NCBI RefSeq assembly: GCF_004010195.1
Contig: NC_057719.1
Coordinates: 48,835,679 to 48,855,678, forward strand
Length of the DNA stretch: 20,000 nucleotides
From: Chiloscyllium plagiosum
Taxonomy: Eukaryota
Direction of reading: 5' to 3'
Below are positions 1-10,070 of this stretch, in pieces; within the stretch, counting starts at the first letter, position 1; the number at the start of each line of letters is the position of its first letter. A program made the translations under genes and the position numbers. The notes under the pieces were generated by a model, which saw only the letters and a program-made list of their open reading frames with translations, made no database searches and had not been told where the DNA came from.

Positions 1-222
1 AATCAGAAACTATAAAAGAAATTTTATTGCTGGAAAAACTTAACTTGTCTGGCAGCATCTGCAGAGAAAAATCAGAGTTAACATTTCAGATCCAGTGACC
101 CTTTTTTCAGACCATTCTAGTCCCTGGTCACTCTGATTTCTCTCCACAGATACTGCCAAACCTGCTACGTTTTTCCAGCATTTACTCTTTTTTTAGTTTC
201 TGATTTCTAGCATTCACAGTTC
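1..222. mobile_element. Penelope-terminus-derived fold-back (hairpin) non-autonomous element, copy 1; probably truncated by the window start
   Basis: 1-10 AATCAGAAAC pairs with 196-205. 28-79 (TGCTGGAAAAAC...AATCAGAGT) is an imperfect reverse complement of 130-180. The arm resembles the Penelope terminus at 18245-18355 (TGCTGGAA...GGCAGCAT...TTTC...CCCTT...CAG). Confidence 0.8.
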
Positions 223-234
223 TTTCGTTTATTT

Positions 235-340
235 GATTTATTGTGATTTTGTTGAGGGATAAATATTGGGGTCAGGACACGAGGAATAATTCTTCATCAA
301 AAATGTCACAGGCTTTTTTGTATCCACCTGAGAGGGTGGA
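235..340 (-). mobile_element. Deu-domain SINE (SacSINE1/AmnSINE-like), internal piece
   Basis: Minus strand reads CTCTCAGGTGGAT...TGTCCTGACCCCAATATTTATCCCTCAAC, matching the recalled DeuSINE central domain. Confidence 0.7.
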
Positions 341-341
341 T

Positions 342-500
342 AAAAATAGAAATTGCTGGAAGAACTCAGCAGATCTGACAGCATTTGTGGAGACAAATTA
401 ATTAAAGTTTCAGGGCCCAGTGACCCTTCTTCAGAATACTCTGATTTCTCTCCACAGATGCTGTCAAATCTGCTGAGATTTTCCAGCAATTTCTATTTTT
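342..500. mobile_element. Penelope-terminus-derived fold-back element, copy 2
   Basis: 342-361 AAAAATAGAAATTGCTGGAA is the exact reverse complement of 481-500, and pairing continues imperfectly inward. Homologous to copy 1. Confidence 0.85.
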
Positions 501-506
501 GTTCAT

Positions 507-686
507 AATAAATCGGTTGTTTATGCATTGCAGCATATAGGAATTTGTTTTGTGCAAATTGGCTGCTATGTCTCCTGCTTTACAGGTGGTCTCACTTCAA
601 ATACAGTACTTCATTGTCTGTGAAATACTTTGGAATAACTTATCGTCATGAAAGTGACAATAGAAATGAAAGATTCTTTTCTTTTT
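507..686 (+). mobile_element. Deu-domain SINE 3' part with L2-like tail
   Basis: GTGCAAATTGGCTGC...CACTTCAAA...GTACTTCATTG...CTTTGG...TGAAAG...AGAAATGAAAG.TTCTTTTCTTT matches the recalled SacSINE1-type 3' end. Confidence 0.7.
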
Positions 687-2735
687 AGAACTGATAAAGA
701 ATATCTTCATTTTGTTTTTTTTTTAAGAATTAAACTAATATTACAGCTGGATGGAAAACTGCACATTGAGTGAGCAGTTGTCAAAACATAAAGAGATGTG
801 TTTCATTCCAAGAATTTTTAAATGTTTTGAACAAGACGTTCAATGAAAACTTTGTAGAAAGTTTTACAAAATGTACTACTGTTTCCTTCACCATACTGTG
901 CCACTCTTGAAAATTCCAGAACAAAGCAAAAAACTGATAGCTAAATATGTTTTGCAGTACATTTTGAAATTATCCATTATAGCCTAGTGCTGAACATTAT
1001 TTGTTGGACATTGTTTCTGTGCATTACTCTGCCCAAATCAAGGAATGTTCCACATTCATTCTAACACATTTAAGAAATTGTTTTAGCCTTCTTTTGGCAG
1101 AAATTGCTCACATTTTTGTGTTTACTATCTCAACAAACCTGAACAATGTGGGCTATGGTGAATCAATTGGGAAAATATGACAAGATTAGAAAAATCAGAT
1201 TCCCATGTCAAAAAGGAAAGTCTGATTTTTCCAGCCAAGAATGGAATGACAAAATTAGAATCTCTCTAGTGAGAAGCAAGTGGTTCACTTGCATTCATTA
1301 ACATCTTGTTATTACCTAATCTCATCTTATTTATATGCAGTTTGCTGTTCAGGGTGGAGAGAGACTGGACAGTAACAATACCCAATGTGAAAGTCTGAGG
1401 GGTACCTGGCAGCTCCAGCTCTCCACTTGTTCCTCTCAGCCTTCATCTTGACCAACAGTCACCAACAATTCAAGATACACTCCATGACTAATGGCTGCCT
1501 GCAAGCTCTGTTCAAGGTGGTCAATATTCAACACACTCCATCATCATGGCTCATTACTGATTCACATTGAATATACACTTTAGAGCTCATGGCACTTTTC
1601 ATTGCAATGCTGCTTGTGAGATGTGTTACATTTGGAGACAGCGCAATGCAACGGGGTGCACCTGAGGCCTTTCCACTTGTATTCTTAGCTTACTTGTGCT
1701 TATTGTGCTTACTTGGATGCTGACGCCATCTTTGCCTTGCCTTTTTGCTCATTGCTACATCGTTCAGAATGTACAGGTTTGCAATGCTTTGGTCTTGCTG
1801 TGTGCCAGCAGCCAGCACACTTGATGGCACTTCAACCAATGGTCATGTCTCAAAACGGGTCTCACTCAGATTGAGGGGGTCTGTTGTCAGTGAAGGGGCT
1901 GCTGACACAGACAATGAGGGAGTACCGCACCTGATCTTGGTCCAGGGGCTTGGACACATCAGTCAGCTGCTTGAGATGAACAGAATTAAGGATTCCATAA
2001 TGCTGCAGTCAACAGTCAGTCTGGAAGTCCAGTGCAACCAGTCAGGAGCTGCACAGAGACCAGTCAGATGGAACTGTCCTTCCAAGTTGGTCAGTGGGAA
2101 TTGAGTTATGGTCAGTCCTCTGGGCCTATTCACTGAATATCAAAAGGGTTGTTAGGGGCTGTTAGGGCCTGTAATTATGAAGGAGGCAACTCGACATACA
2201 AAGATTGGAACTGATACAGCATGGGTTAATGTGGGAGAGTATGGAGGAAAGGTCATTGATGGACACCACAGCCTGGCTTTGGTGTGAAGAGCAGTGCAAG
2301 ACAAGGCATGATTAAGCAGTACACCAAGAGCTCGGAAAGTAAAGTAGAGTGATGAAGTAAATGGAAGAGTTGGAAGGAAACGTGCAAAAGCTCAAACCTG
2401 ATGGGGTCATCAAAGCTTTGCAAAGAAGCAGAGGGATTCAGGCTGGAGGGACGGGGAGGTCTACTCGGTTAACAGGCTGAGACTGTGACTTACTCTGCTG
2501 AGCACAATGCATGTTGCCTTTAATCCTCCTGAATAGCAAATGTGCAACATAAATGAAAAGTGGCTGCCACCAGCCTCTGAGAGGGCAGGCTAAATGTCTT
2601 TTTCTGTCTGAAGATGTAGGTTATAGTGAGGTCCTTCAAGATTGCATTAATTGAGCACTTACGCAGTACCTACTGAAAACACAGAAGTCTGTACATGAGC
2701 CTCATGCAGTAACTAGCTATCAAATACAAATTCTA

Positions 2736-2853
2736 GTGGGTACTATGGTGCAGTGGTAGTGTTCCTACCCTTGAGCCAGGAGTCTCAGATTCATTTCCAC
2801 CTGCAGCAGAGATATGTAAAACCATCTCTGAGCAAGTTGATTAGAAAATGTCT
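2736..2853 (+). mobile_element. Short tRNA-derived SINE with target-site duplication
   Basis: A-box-like TGGTGCAGTGG and decayed B-box (GATTCATTTCC). Flanked by CAAATACAAATTCT (2721-2734) and CAAATCCAAATCCT (2854-2867), 12/14 identical. Confidence 0.75.
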
Positions 2854-3287
2854 CAAATCCAAATCCTGGCCACAAGCAATTGTGGCCATATCATTAATGA
2901 AGTTCAAATAATCACAAGCGATATTCATAGTGTCACCTATGGGCCACAGTGGAGCTGATTCCTCTCACCTTGAACTGTAAGTATTTGACAACATGTTTCA
3001 ATATGCAATATTGGGAGTAAGGGAGGACATCTTTTCAGTAATCCTACTGGATTTATAATCATCTACTGTGTTTGCATGATATGGTTTATGCTGCATACAT
3101 CAGAATAAAGTCCACTATGTTAAAGGTCCATGTATAGACATCACATGACCCTCCTTGTCAGAATCCTCCATTCCCCACTGTATGCTAAACTGTCATTTGT
3201 AATTGATGAAAATATTGATTGCTCACAGTCCTAAGGACCTGTTCTGTTTCTAATCTTCCCCACATAGGTTTGTTAGAACAGTAACTA

Positions 3288-4471
3288 ATGGATCCAGCCA
3301 CAGAAATAGCTATTGTCACCTTGGCCATGGTGCAACGAAGGCACAGAGAAATTGAGGAGAAACAATTGCATTAGAAAGATCAAGACCAACAGCAATTTGC
3401 CAAACACCCTCCGCGGGAAGAAATTAAACATAAAGGTCACCTCAGGATGCAGCTTAGGTATAGGAGATACAATCTCTGCTGTTCTTGATGCCATTTCCTC
3501 GATGTGAATAAGGTGCAGTATCTCCACAGCCTGGGGATGTCCTTGCACATCATCGCAGAACTTTGCATCAGCTGGCGCAGGACTAGTGAACTGAAATCTA
3601 GCCAAATGATTGTCAATATGATAACTGCACTGCATTTTTAGGCAATAGGCTCCTTCCAGGGATGCGCCATGGACTGTGTGAGATCTCTCAATCATCCATC
3701 CACAAATGTACCAAGTCTGTCACAGAGTGTAATTTGTGCCAATCACACCTCCTGTTCTCGTTTCGCTGTGAAATATTGCAGCCTGAGCAGGAAGCTCTGG
3801 CAAACACAGCTGGCCTTCTCTGGAACAGAGCACTTTCGACAGTACACACATCACATTGAGGGGGCCATATCATTACTAGATGACTTCATCAAAAGAAAAA
3901 GCTTCCATTCAGTAAATGAACATCTTAGATGCCTGCGCCAAATACTTTGCCGGTTGCCATGATGCTTATATCCTTGCTAACACTCAGGTTCCTGCTTCAT
4001 TTCAAAGGCCAGATGTCTTACAAGGATAGTTACTGGGAGACAAAGGCTGTGCTCTGCAACCATGGCTGATGACTCCTCTACACAACCTCCTGACTGGGGC
4101 CAAATGTAGACAAAATGTAGCCCATTCTTCCACCAGGACCATTACGGAACAGATGATAGGCTTGATAAAGAAAAGGTTCCAATAGTTGGGTCAGTCTGGA
4201 GAAGCCTTATGGTACAGTCCAAACAGTGTGCTACATAATACATTCATGCTGCAGTCTGCACAACTGGAGCAGCCTAAGAGAGGATGCGTTGTACGCTGGA
4301 CAGCGAGGAGAGTGGCACAGCTTACTGAGGAAGAAGATGAGGACATTGAGTAGGAGAAAGATCACCTTCAATCCGATAGAGAAGTACAACTTCAGACATA
4401 ACAAGTCAGGCAGGAATTCAATTAAACCTGCTTTGAATAGACGTGTGTTTGGTGAGAGCATCATTCACTAA
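3288..4471 (+). pseudogene. PIF/Harbinger (HARBI1-like, DDE_Tnp_4) transposase pseudogene
   Basis: Manual translation across frameshifts and stops: MDPATEIAIV...TALHF*AIGSFQG / LCEISQSSIHKCTKSVTE / QSTFDSTHITLRGP / FIKRKSFHSVN / CAKYFAGCHDAYIL...QG*LLGDKGCALQPWLMTPL...AHSSTRTITEQMIGLIKKRFQ*L...L.YSP / VCYIIHSCCSLHNW, then an acidic tail. All Harbinger motifs are in order, with the D(DSTH), D(GDKG) and E(TEQ) triad still readable. Confidence 0.95.
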
Positions 4472-5244
4472 GTGTATGTTTGTTGCTGGTTGCAATGTAA
4501 GCATCCCTGGTTCATAAGAAGCAAATTATTTGACTGGTTTTCTTTAGTTTTCCTATTATTCAATAGAAGTTAATATTTTCAACTGATTGAAAGCTTTAGC
4601 TCCCATATTGAACAATGACAAGATGTTATTGTTATGGTTGGGCATTAGGGAAAGAGTAGCATCCTTCAGGCAGAGATCTAACATGGTCTGGTGTTTAGGG
4701 CAGGTAGCCAGTGTAGCTTCATATTTGAGGTTGTACTCACTATGACAGTCCATTTGATGGTGATGATGTAAAATTTAGAATTGTGAGCTTTTATCCCAAC
4801 GAAGCATCACTATGTGCCCTTAAAAGCTTTTCTTTTTCATTGCCCTCTGACAATACGTACTGTAAAAGGCTATTCCTGGCTGGCAGCTTTTGACAAAATG
4901 CGCACTGGGATTGAGATATAGTGCTGTCAGAATCTCCTGACAGTGGTGACCACATCCATCATTGCTGGGAAGCACACGATAGCATAGAATCAGTATCATC
5001 ATGTTGTGGTAAAACTGGGTGAGGTTCGCAGCAGCGAACTGCATGAGATAACACTAGATTCATAGAGAGAAACTCTCTACGAAATGCCCAAAAAATTATA
5101 CAAAGCCAATTTTGGTACAATTCAGCCCCAGGTCTATTTCCTCTCTTACAGTATGTGATAGCAACAAGACTTGAATCTTTCATCCATTCTGTCCCCACAG
5201 ACAATCTTAGCATTTGAACTTAATCAGAAAGTAGTGCTGAAAAA

Positions 5245-5540
5245 CATAGAATGTCTCCGGTGTCAAAGCGGGCTATTCAGCCTGTCGAGTCCACATGGAC
5301 CCACCAAAGAGCAACCCATCCAACCCCTGTAACCCTACACTTTAACATGTCCAATCCAGCTAAGTTGCACATTTTTGAATCATAGGAGAGAACTGGAGCA
5401 CCTGAAGGAAAGCCTTGCAGACACAGAAAGAATGAGCAAGCTCCACACAGACAATCATCCGAGGTTAGAATTGAACCTAGTAGCTGACACAATAAGACAG
5501 CAGTGCTAACCACTGTACCACCGTGTCACCATGCCACCCC
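5245..5540 (-). mobile_element. HE1-type (V-SINE) tRNA-derived SINE with HER1/CR1-like tail
   Basis: Minus strand: CACGGTGGTACAGTGGTTAGCACTGCTGTC...GGTTCAATTC...TGTCTGTGTGGAG..TGC.CATTCT...GGTGCTCCAGTT...GGCTGAATAGCC...ATTCTATG. Confidence 0.88.
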
Positions 5541-5773
5541 TATCAGAATATCAGATTGCAGTTCACAAAATGATGGTAGATAATAAAGTGACATAGTTTC
5601 CTACACTATTGTGGCATCAGTGAATAACACTTCAAACCAAAGAATAAATCTTGCTGCAACTGACTGATATCATAGGCCCATTCTCTGTAAGATGTCAACA
5701 GTCTTTCTTGCCAATTAGTGCTTGCACTATTACCAGTTACTGAGTTTCTCTTTTGTTTTTTATATGCACTCAG

Positions 5774-5851
5774 CAGTTCTTTGTTGCTGAAAATATGAAC
5801 AATGTGAAGGAAGAAAATCATACTGCTTATCAAATAGATTGAATTTCATGG
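5774..5851 (+). other. Candidate non-coding/5'UTR exon
   Basis: Long pyrimidine tract, then a CAG-CAG (NAGNAG) acceptor at 5771-5776 and donor TGG|GTAAGT at 5852. Stops occur in all three frames. Splice signals are the only support. Confidence 0.4.
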
Positions 5852-6312
5852 GTAAGTGTAACTTCTAAAACCTGCATCCTGTTGGTCAATAAATTGCTAC
5901 CTAATTACAGTGCATTGTTTTTTAGATATTACCTCTTTCTGAGTTAAATTTTTAATCTGGAAACCAATGAAATATAAATGATTATCACTGAGCATTCAAC
6001 TATTTAACATGGCAGTATTTGTCTTTCAGTGTCACTTTAGCAATACCAATACTTTATATTAAACAGAAGTGCTATGTAGCATGTTCATGTCTTTTCATTG
6101 TCGGATATGGTCAATCTTAACATCATTATCCACTCACCAACACAAAGTGAATTTACAATTTACATATCATTCTTATCAGATTAAGTGGCAAGATTTCAAA
6201 GAATTATCCATGTCACTTTCCTCATTATTCAGACATATGTGAGTAATGTTTTCCATAGATTGGTTTTGCAAAGCACATATCAGAAAGCAAAGCAACGCTT
6301 CATCACCACTGC

Positions 6313-6341
6313 CGCCCTGCCCCCAACCCCAACCCCAACCC
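6313..6341. repeat. (CCCCAA)3-type C-rich tract; G-quadruplex-capable on the minus strand
   Basis: CGCCCTGCCCCCAACCCCAACCCCAACCC has five runs of three or more C. Confidence 0.7.
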
Positions 6342-6370
6342 TCAGCACTTTCACCTGTCTGTTATTCCAG

Positions 6371-6486
6371 GGCTGACTGATAATGACCCCTCAATGCTCA
6401 GAGAATAATGTTTCCCCTGAAACACCATTAATAAGGTACCAGATTCTGTGGTGGCATTGACACACCTGGGACATGCAATATTCACC
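6371..6486 (+). other. Candidate exon with start codon(s): ATG 6473 gives MQYSP in phase 2; ATG 6383 with an alternative donor after 6435 gives MTPQCSENNVSPETPLIR in phase 2
   Basis: Acceptor CTGTCTGTTATTCCAG| at 6370. Donors ACC|GTAAGT (6487) and AAG|GTACCA (6436). In-frame upstream TGA at 6374. Confidence 0.35.
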
Positions 6487-7681
6487 GTAAGTATATCTTA
6501 ATGAAATCCCTGGACTCTCTGTGACCCACCCACAGTGTCCATTCTTTGCTTATTTCTGTATAGAGGGTGACACCTGTGACTTTTATGAAGGAAGGAGTTG
6601 GAGTCTTTACACACTGCTGATTCATTGCAGTCTGCAAGCAGAATCATGTGCTCCTTGTATCTCCCAATACAGACCTGGTTTCAACACCACACTAATGAAA
6701 TGCTTATCAGACCTTTGAATTTTATGCGGGTACCTGAGCTGTTTGAGCAGATGGCTGATTCACATTGGGGTGGACAAATTGTTTTTCACTGTAGACAATA
6801 GTATTCCCAGGGTACTGAAAATGAATTAACAATGCAACCAAATAAGTTGTCAAAATTTCAACACGCTGAAGTTTGCAACCAGTAGAGGGCATTGCTGACA
6901 AGTGATTTGCTAGCAATATTAACCTGTTTTTTTTTAAAAATGTTGGGTACTGCAGATTTGTGGTAGCACGTCTTGCATACTTTTTTTTCATTCATGTGTG
7001 TGAGTTGAAAGAAAACCTGTGGATAACTATCTTTTTTTAAGTTGCATCATGCAAATAATCCTTAGTCTTTTATTTATTGTACCCGCATGGTCACGTTTTG
7101 AATGAACAATATTTCACAGACTATTCAGCAAGCAATGTGGAATTTTAACTGGATTTACAAAAATCCTGTTTTTTAAAAAAGTCAGTAATCTGTTTGACAA
7201 AGAGGTAGTTACATGGATACAAAACTCTGTTTGGGGCATTCACTAAACCATTATCTATTTTAGTATGTTTCACTAACTCAATTTACATCAACTTGCAGGA
7301 TTATTAGACATTTAATTCTAATAATATTGAGTTAGTAAAATGTAACAAATGATTATACAATGATGTGTACCAGTAGACAGTGGAATCTATCACAGGGTCT
7401 GCCTCACCATGTAATTCAAACACAATTAAATCTGTTCTGCACCATTTATGTCATACGTCATCACGTAGGTCGTAAGAACTGTCTACTTCATTATTTTGAT
7501 TTGGTTTTAAAGTGCCAAACACTGGATTGGATATATATCTAATAGAAAATATGTTTGTCACACTGCCTGGCTTGATTTTTAAAATGAACAGCAGTACATA
7601 AAGGATTAATAATATATTAGAATAGTGCTGATGTGCCTAATTCAGTAAAATATCTGTGTTTCTTCTAATTATTTATTGGAA

Positions 7682-7941
7682 GCCAGTGGCCTAGTGATAT
7701 TATCATGAGACTATTAATCCAGAAACTCGGCTAATGTTCTGGGGACCCAGGTTCACCCATTTGGTTCACTAATGTCCTTTAGGGAAGGAAATTTGTCATT
7801 CTTACCTGCCTGGCCCATATATGACTCCAGATCCACAGCAATGTGGTTGCTAGTCAACTGCCCTCTGGGTAAGTAGGTAAGGGTAATAAATGCTGGCCTA
7901 GCCAGAAGCACCCACATCCCATGAGTGGATTTTAAAAAAAA
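7682..7941 (+). mobile_element. Shark tRNA-derived SINE (internally deleted) with LINE-shared 3' tail
   Basis: GTGGCCTAGTGATATTATC...GGGGACCCAGGTTCA; TGACTCCAGATCCACAGCAATGTGGTTG; tail AATAAATGCTGGCCTAGCCAG...CCCACATCCCATGA + A-run. Homologous to 13446-13765 and 9395-9725. Confidence 0.85.
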
Positions 7942-8544
7942 ATTGGAATTATGATGTTGCAATTACATTTCTAAAATTTGTCAGCAGTGCAGATTTACAC
8001 AAAAATAAATTCATCTATTCTGTGTTTACTGTCCTGCCTTCCAAAAGATATTGTTGACTCTTGTTAGGGTGTAGTTCAATGTGCCCTCACCATGAAATAC
8101 CTCACCCACATAACCATTCTCCATGTGCTCTCTTTATTTTGAATGCCACCAGATTGTTGAGCAATGAATGAATCAGGGATAAACACAATCCAACTTTCAT
8201 TCAATGATTACACTTGCTAAGTTCCAGCACAGATCACTATTTAACTTTTTCAGAGCTCAGGGTTGCTGAGATCAGTTTAAGCATTTGCAAATGCTTAGAG
8301 TTTAACAAAAGTCATACCTATATTAATTCACTTAAGATGATTATTCCTTGTCTGCTCTTAAGTATTGAGCTATATGGATTCATTTTTCCTTCCTGTGTTG
8401 ATCTACCTGTTTCTTCCTTGAAGTGGATTGGTCTTCAAAAAGAAGATATTGTGCACATCAAGTTTCATGATGGGACCACATGGTGAACAGTTTTCAATCA
8501 GAAAATGCTTCAATAATCAGAATTAGAATAACAACAAAAGCCTC

Positions 8545-9055
8545 AAATAGTAGAATAGTAGATCAAGGCAAGGTAGTAGATGCAATATATTTGGATTTTC
8601 AAAAAGTTTTGAGAAGTGCCTCACTTATGCTTAGGATCAGAGCATGTGGGGTTGGGTTTAACAGTTTCCCTGCTGACAGGTTTGGAAGCAGGAGCACATT
8701 AAATCCATCAGGTGATCTGCCTATTGACACACTGCCCCTTCACAATCTTACCAGTAGCAGCATTGGTTCAAGGCAACCTGTCTATCATTGATCCAATTGT
8801 AGCCCTTAAGTGTTTAAGTACAGTAATATACTGTATAAGAGATAGTCACTGGGAAATCCAATAGGGAATTCAGGAGAAACGTCTTTACAGAAGGTGTGGC
8901 TAGAAATTGGTGTTGGTGTGATTTGCATGGATGTATTTTAGGGTACACTGAATGAACACATAAGACAGAAGGAAATAAGATACTTTGATGGAGAAGACAT
9001 ATATAAAACATTAACATTGACATGTCCCTGTTAGCTAAATGCTATGCTAAGCATG
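8545..9055 (+). mobile_element. Old CR1 LINE fragments (RT piece ~8545-8650 and 3' piece ~8835-9055) separated by unrelated sequence
   Basis: SRIVDQGKVVDAIYLDFQK...LRIRACG matches the CR1 RT motif VD.IYLDFQKAFD. AAATCCAATAGGGAATTCAGGAGAAAC.TCTTTAC.GA is typical of a CR1 ORF2 3' end. Confidence 0.7.
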
Positions 9056-9394
9056 TAGGGAAAAGGTCAGGAAGGTTACTTGATGTCTGATCAGAGGGAA
9101 ACTTTGAGGATGGTTTTGAAGGAGTGGAAAGAGATAGCAAAGTTGAGAAAAAGAAGCTGAGGATGGGACTAAAGCAGTTAAATTGTCTGCAATCAAAACT
9201 AGTACAGAAAGGTGATGAATAGAAAATCAGAGTCAGAAGAATTGAGGATATGTCAGAATAGGGTTACTAAGCAGCATAAAAGTTATTTACTGATTTTAAT
9301 TTTAATATGTTGATGAACAGAGTCAGTAGAAGTTGAAAGAAGCTGTTAGTGTGGGAAATAGTATTAAGTACACTTCATAGTGATAGGATTATTT

Positions 9395-9725
9395 TAAAAA
9401 ATTTTCACCTGGAATGTGATGTCACAGGCAAGTTCCAGTTGCCCATTTCTACTTGTTCTTGAACTTAGCAGCTCTCTACAGCATTTAGGAGTCAACCACA
9501 TTGCTGTGGGTTTGTTATAATATGTATGATTTTAATGTTATTAGAGAATTGAATGAGTTTTATGACAATTGATGATTATACATAGCTTTGAATTTCGGGG
9601 TTTTTTTTGTTGGAATTTAAATGTCATCATCTGACACAGTTGGATTTAAACCCAGGTCCCCAGAATATTCAGCTGGGGCTCTGGATTACTTGTTCTGTGA
9701 CATTATCACTACTTCACCACCTCCC
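9395..9725 (-). mobile_element. Same tRNA-SINE family as 7682-7941, reverse orientation, decayed
   Basis: GAGTCAACCACATTGCTGTGGG and AACCCAGGTCCCCAGAA...CTGGATTA are reverse complements of motifs in the 7682 and 13446 copies. Confidence 0.75.
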
Positions 9726-9759
9726 TATTTTTAAAATCAAATTGGGGATATAGAAAATT

Positions 9760-10070
9760 AATTAGGACATTCTAGAGTTGAACCAACTAGTAATGAGAAT
9801 GTGGAAGGAGAACTATGAGATGAGACTGATGATTTTGATTTGGTGAAAATAGTCTGGGTGATAGATAGGATATGGGACTTTAGAGTTAACAATTATATTC
9901 CTGATGTGCATTGTTGAATTCATGCTGAGAGAATGGCCAGGGTAGTGAGTCAAATCAGGTGTCAGGCTAGATAATGTTGGATTATAGTTCCGGAAGATGG
10001 CTTCAATCTTGTTGATGTTAAGTTGGAAAAGATTCTGATTCATCCACAATTTTGTATTGCATTGCAATTC
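9760..10070 (-). mobile_element. L2-clade LINE reverse-transcriptase C-terminal relic
   Basis: ORF 9813-10103 contains WMNQNLFQLNINKIEAIF...PGHSLSMNSTMH, resembling L2 WM..NFLQLN..KTEAI. Confidence 0.7.

Larger units (their letters stand above)
1095..5128. mobile_element. Degenerate PIF/Harbinger DNA transposon (boundaries approximate)
   Basis: Contains the transposase relic at 3288-4471. The right end CAATTCAGCCC (to 5128; GGGCTGAATTG on minus) weakly mirrors TGGCAGAAATTG at 1095-1106. No convincing TWA target-site duplication. Confidence 0.4.

Noticed and set aside
238..489. 83-aa minus-strand ORF
   Set aside because: Runs across a fold-back element and a SINE piece; chance ORF.
1190..1230. 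Small inverted repeat AAAAATCAGA...TCTGATTTTT
   Set aside because: 10-bp AT-rich arms, probably a subterminal transposon palindrome; not a terminator in this eukaryotic context.
1745..2104. 119-aa plus-strand ORF
   Set aside because: Non-ATG start, no recognisable domain, and inside probable transposon sequence.
3285..4464. Minus-strand ORFs (136, 61 and 77 aa) with hydrophobic stretches
   Set aside because: Antisense shadows of the Harbinger transposase; the hydrophobicity mirrors purine-rich sense codons.
3288..4471. Functional HARBI1 gene
   Set aside because: Multiple stops, frameshifts and a deletion.
5026..5079. Two tiny hairpins (GTTCGC-AGCA-GCGAAC; TAGAGAG-AAA-CTCTCTA)
   Set aside because: 6-7 bp stems are near chance level and lie within the presumed transposon end.
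5440..5540. tRNA gene
   Set aside because: The A/B boxes belong to a SINE head, with no cloverleaf. The same applies to 2736, 7682 and 13446.
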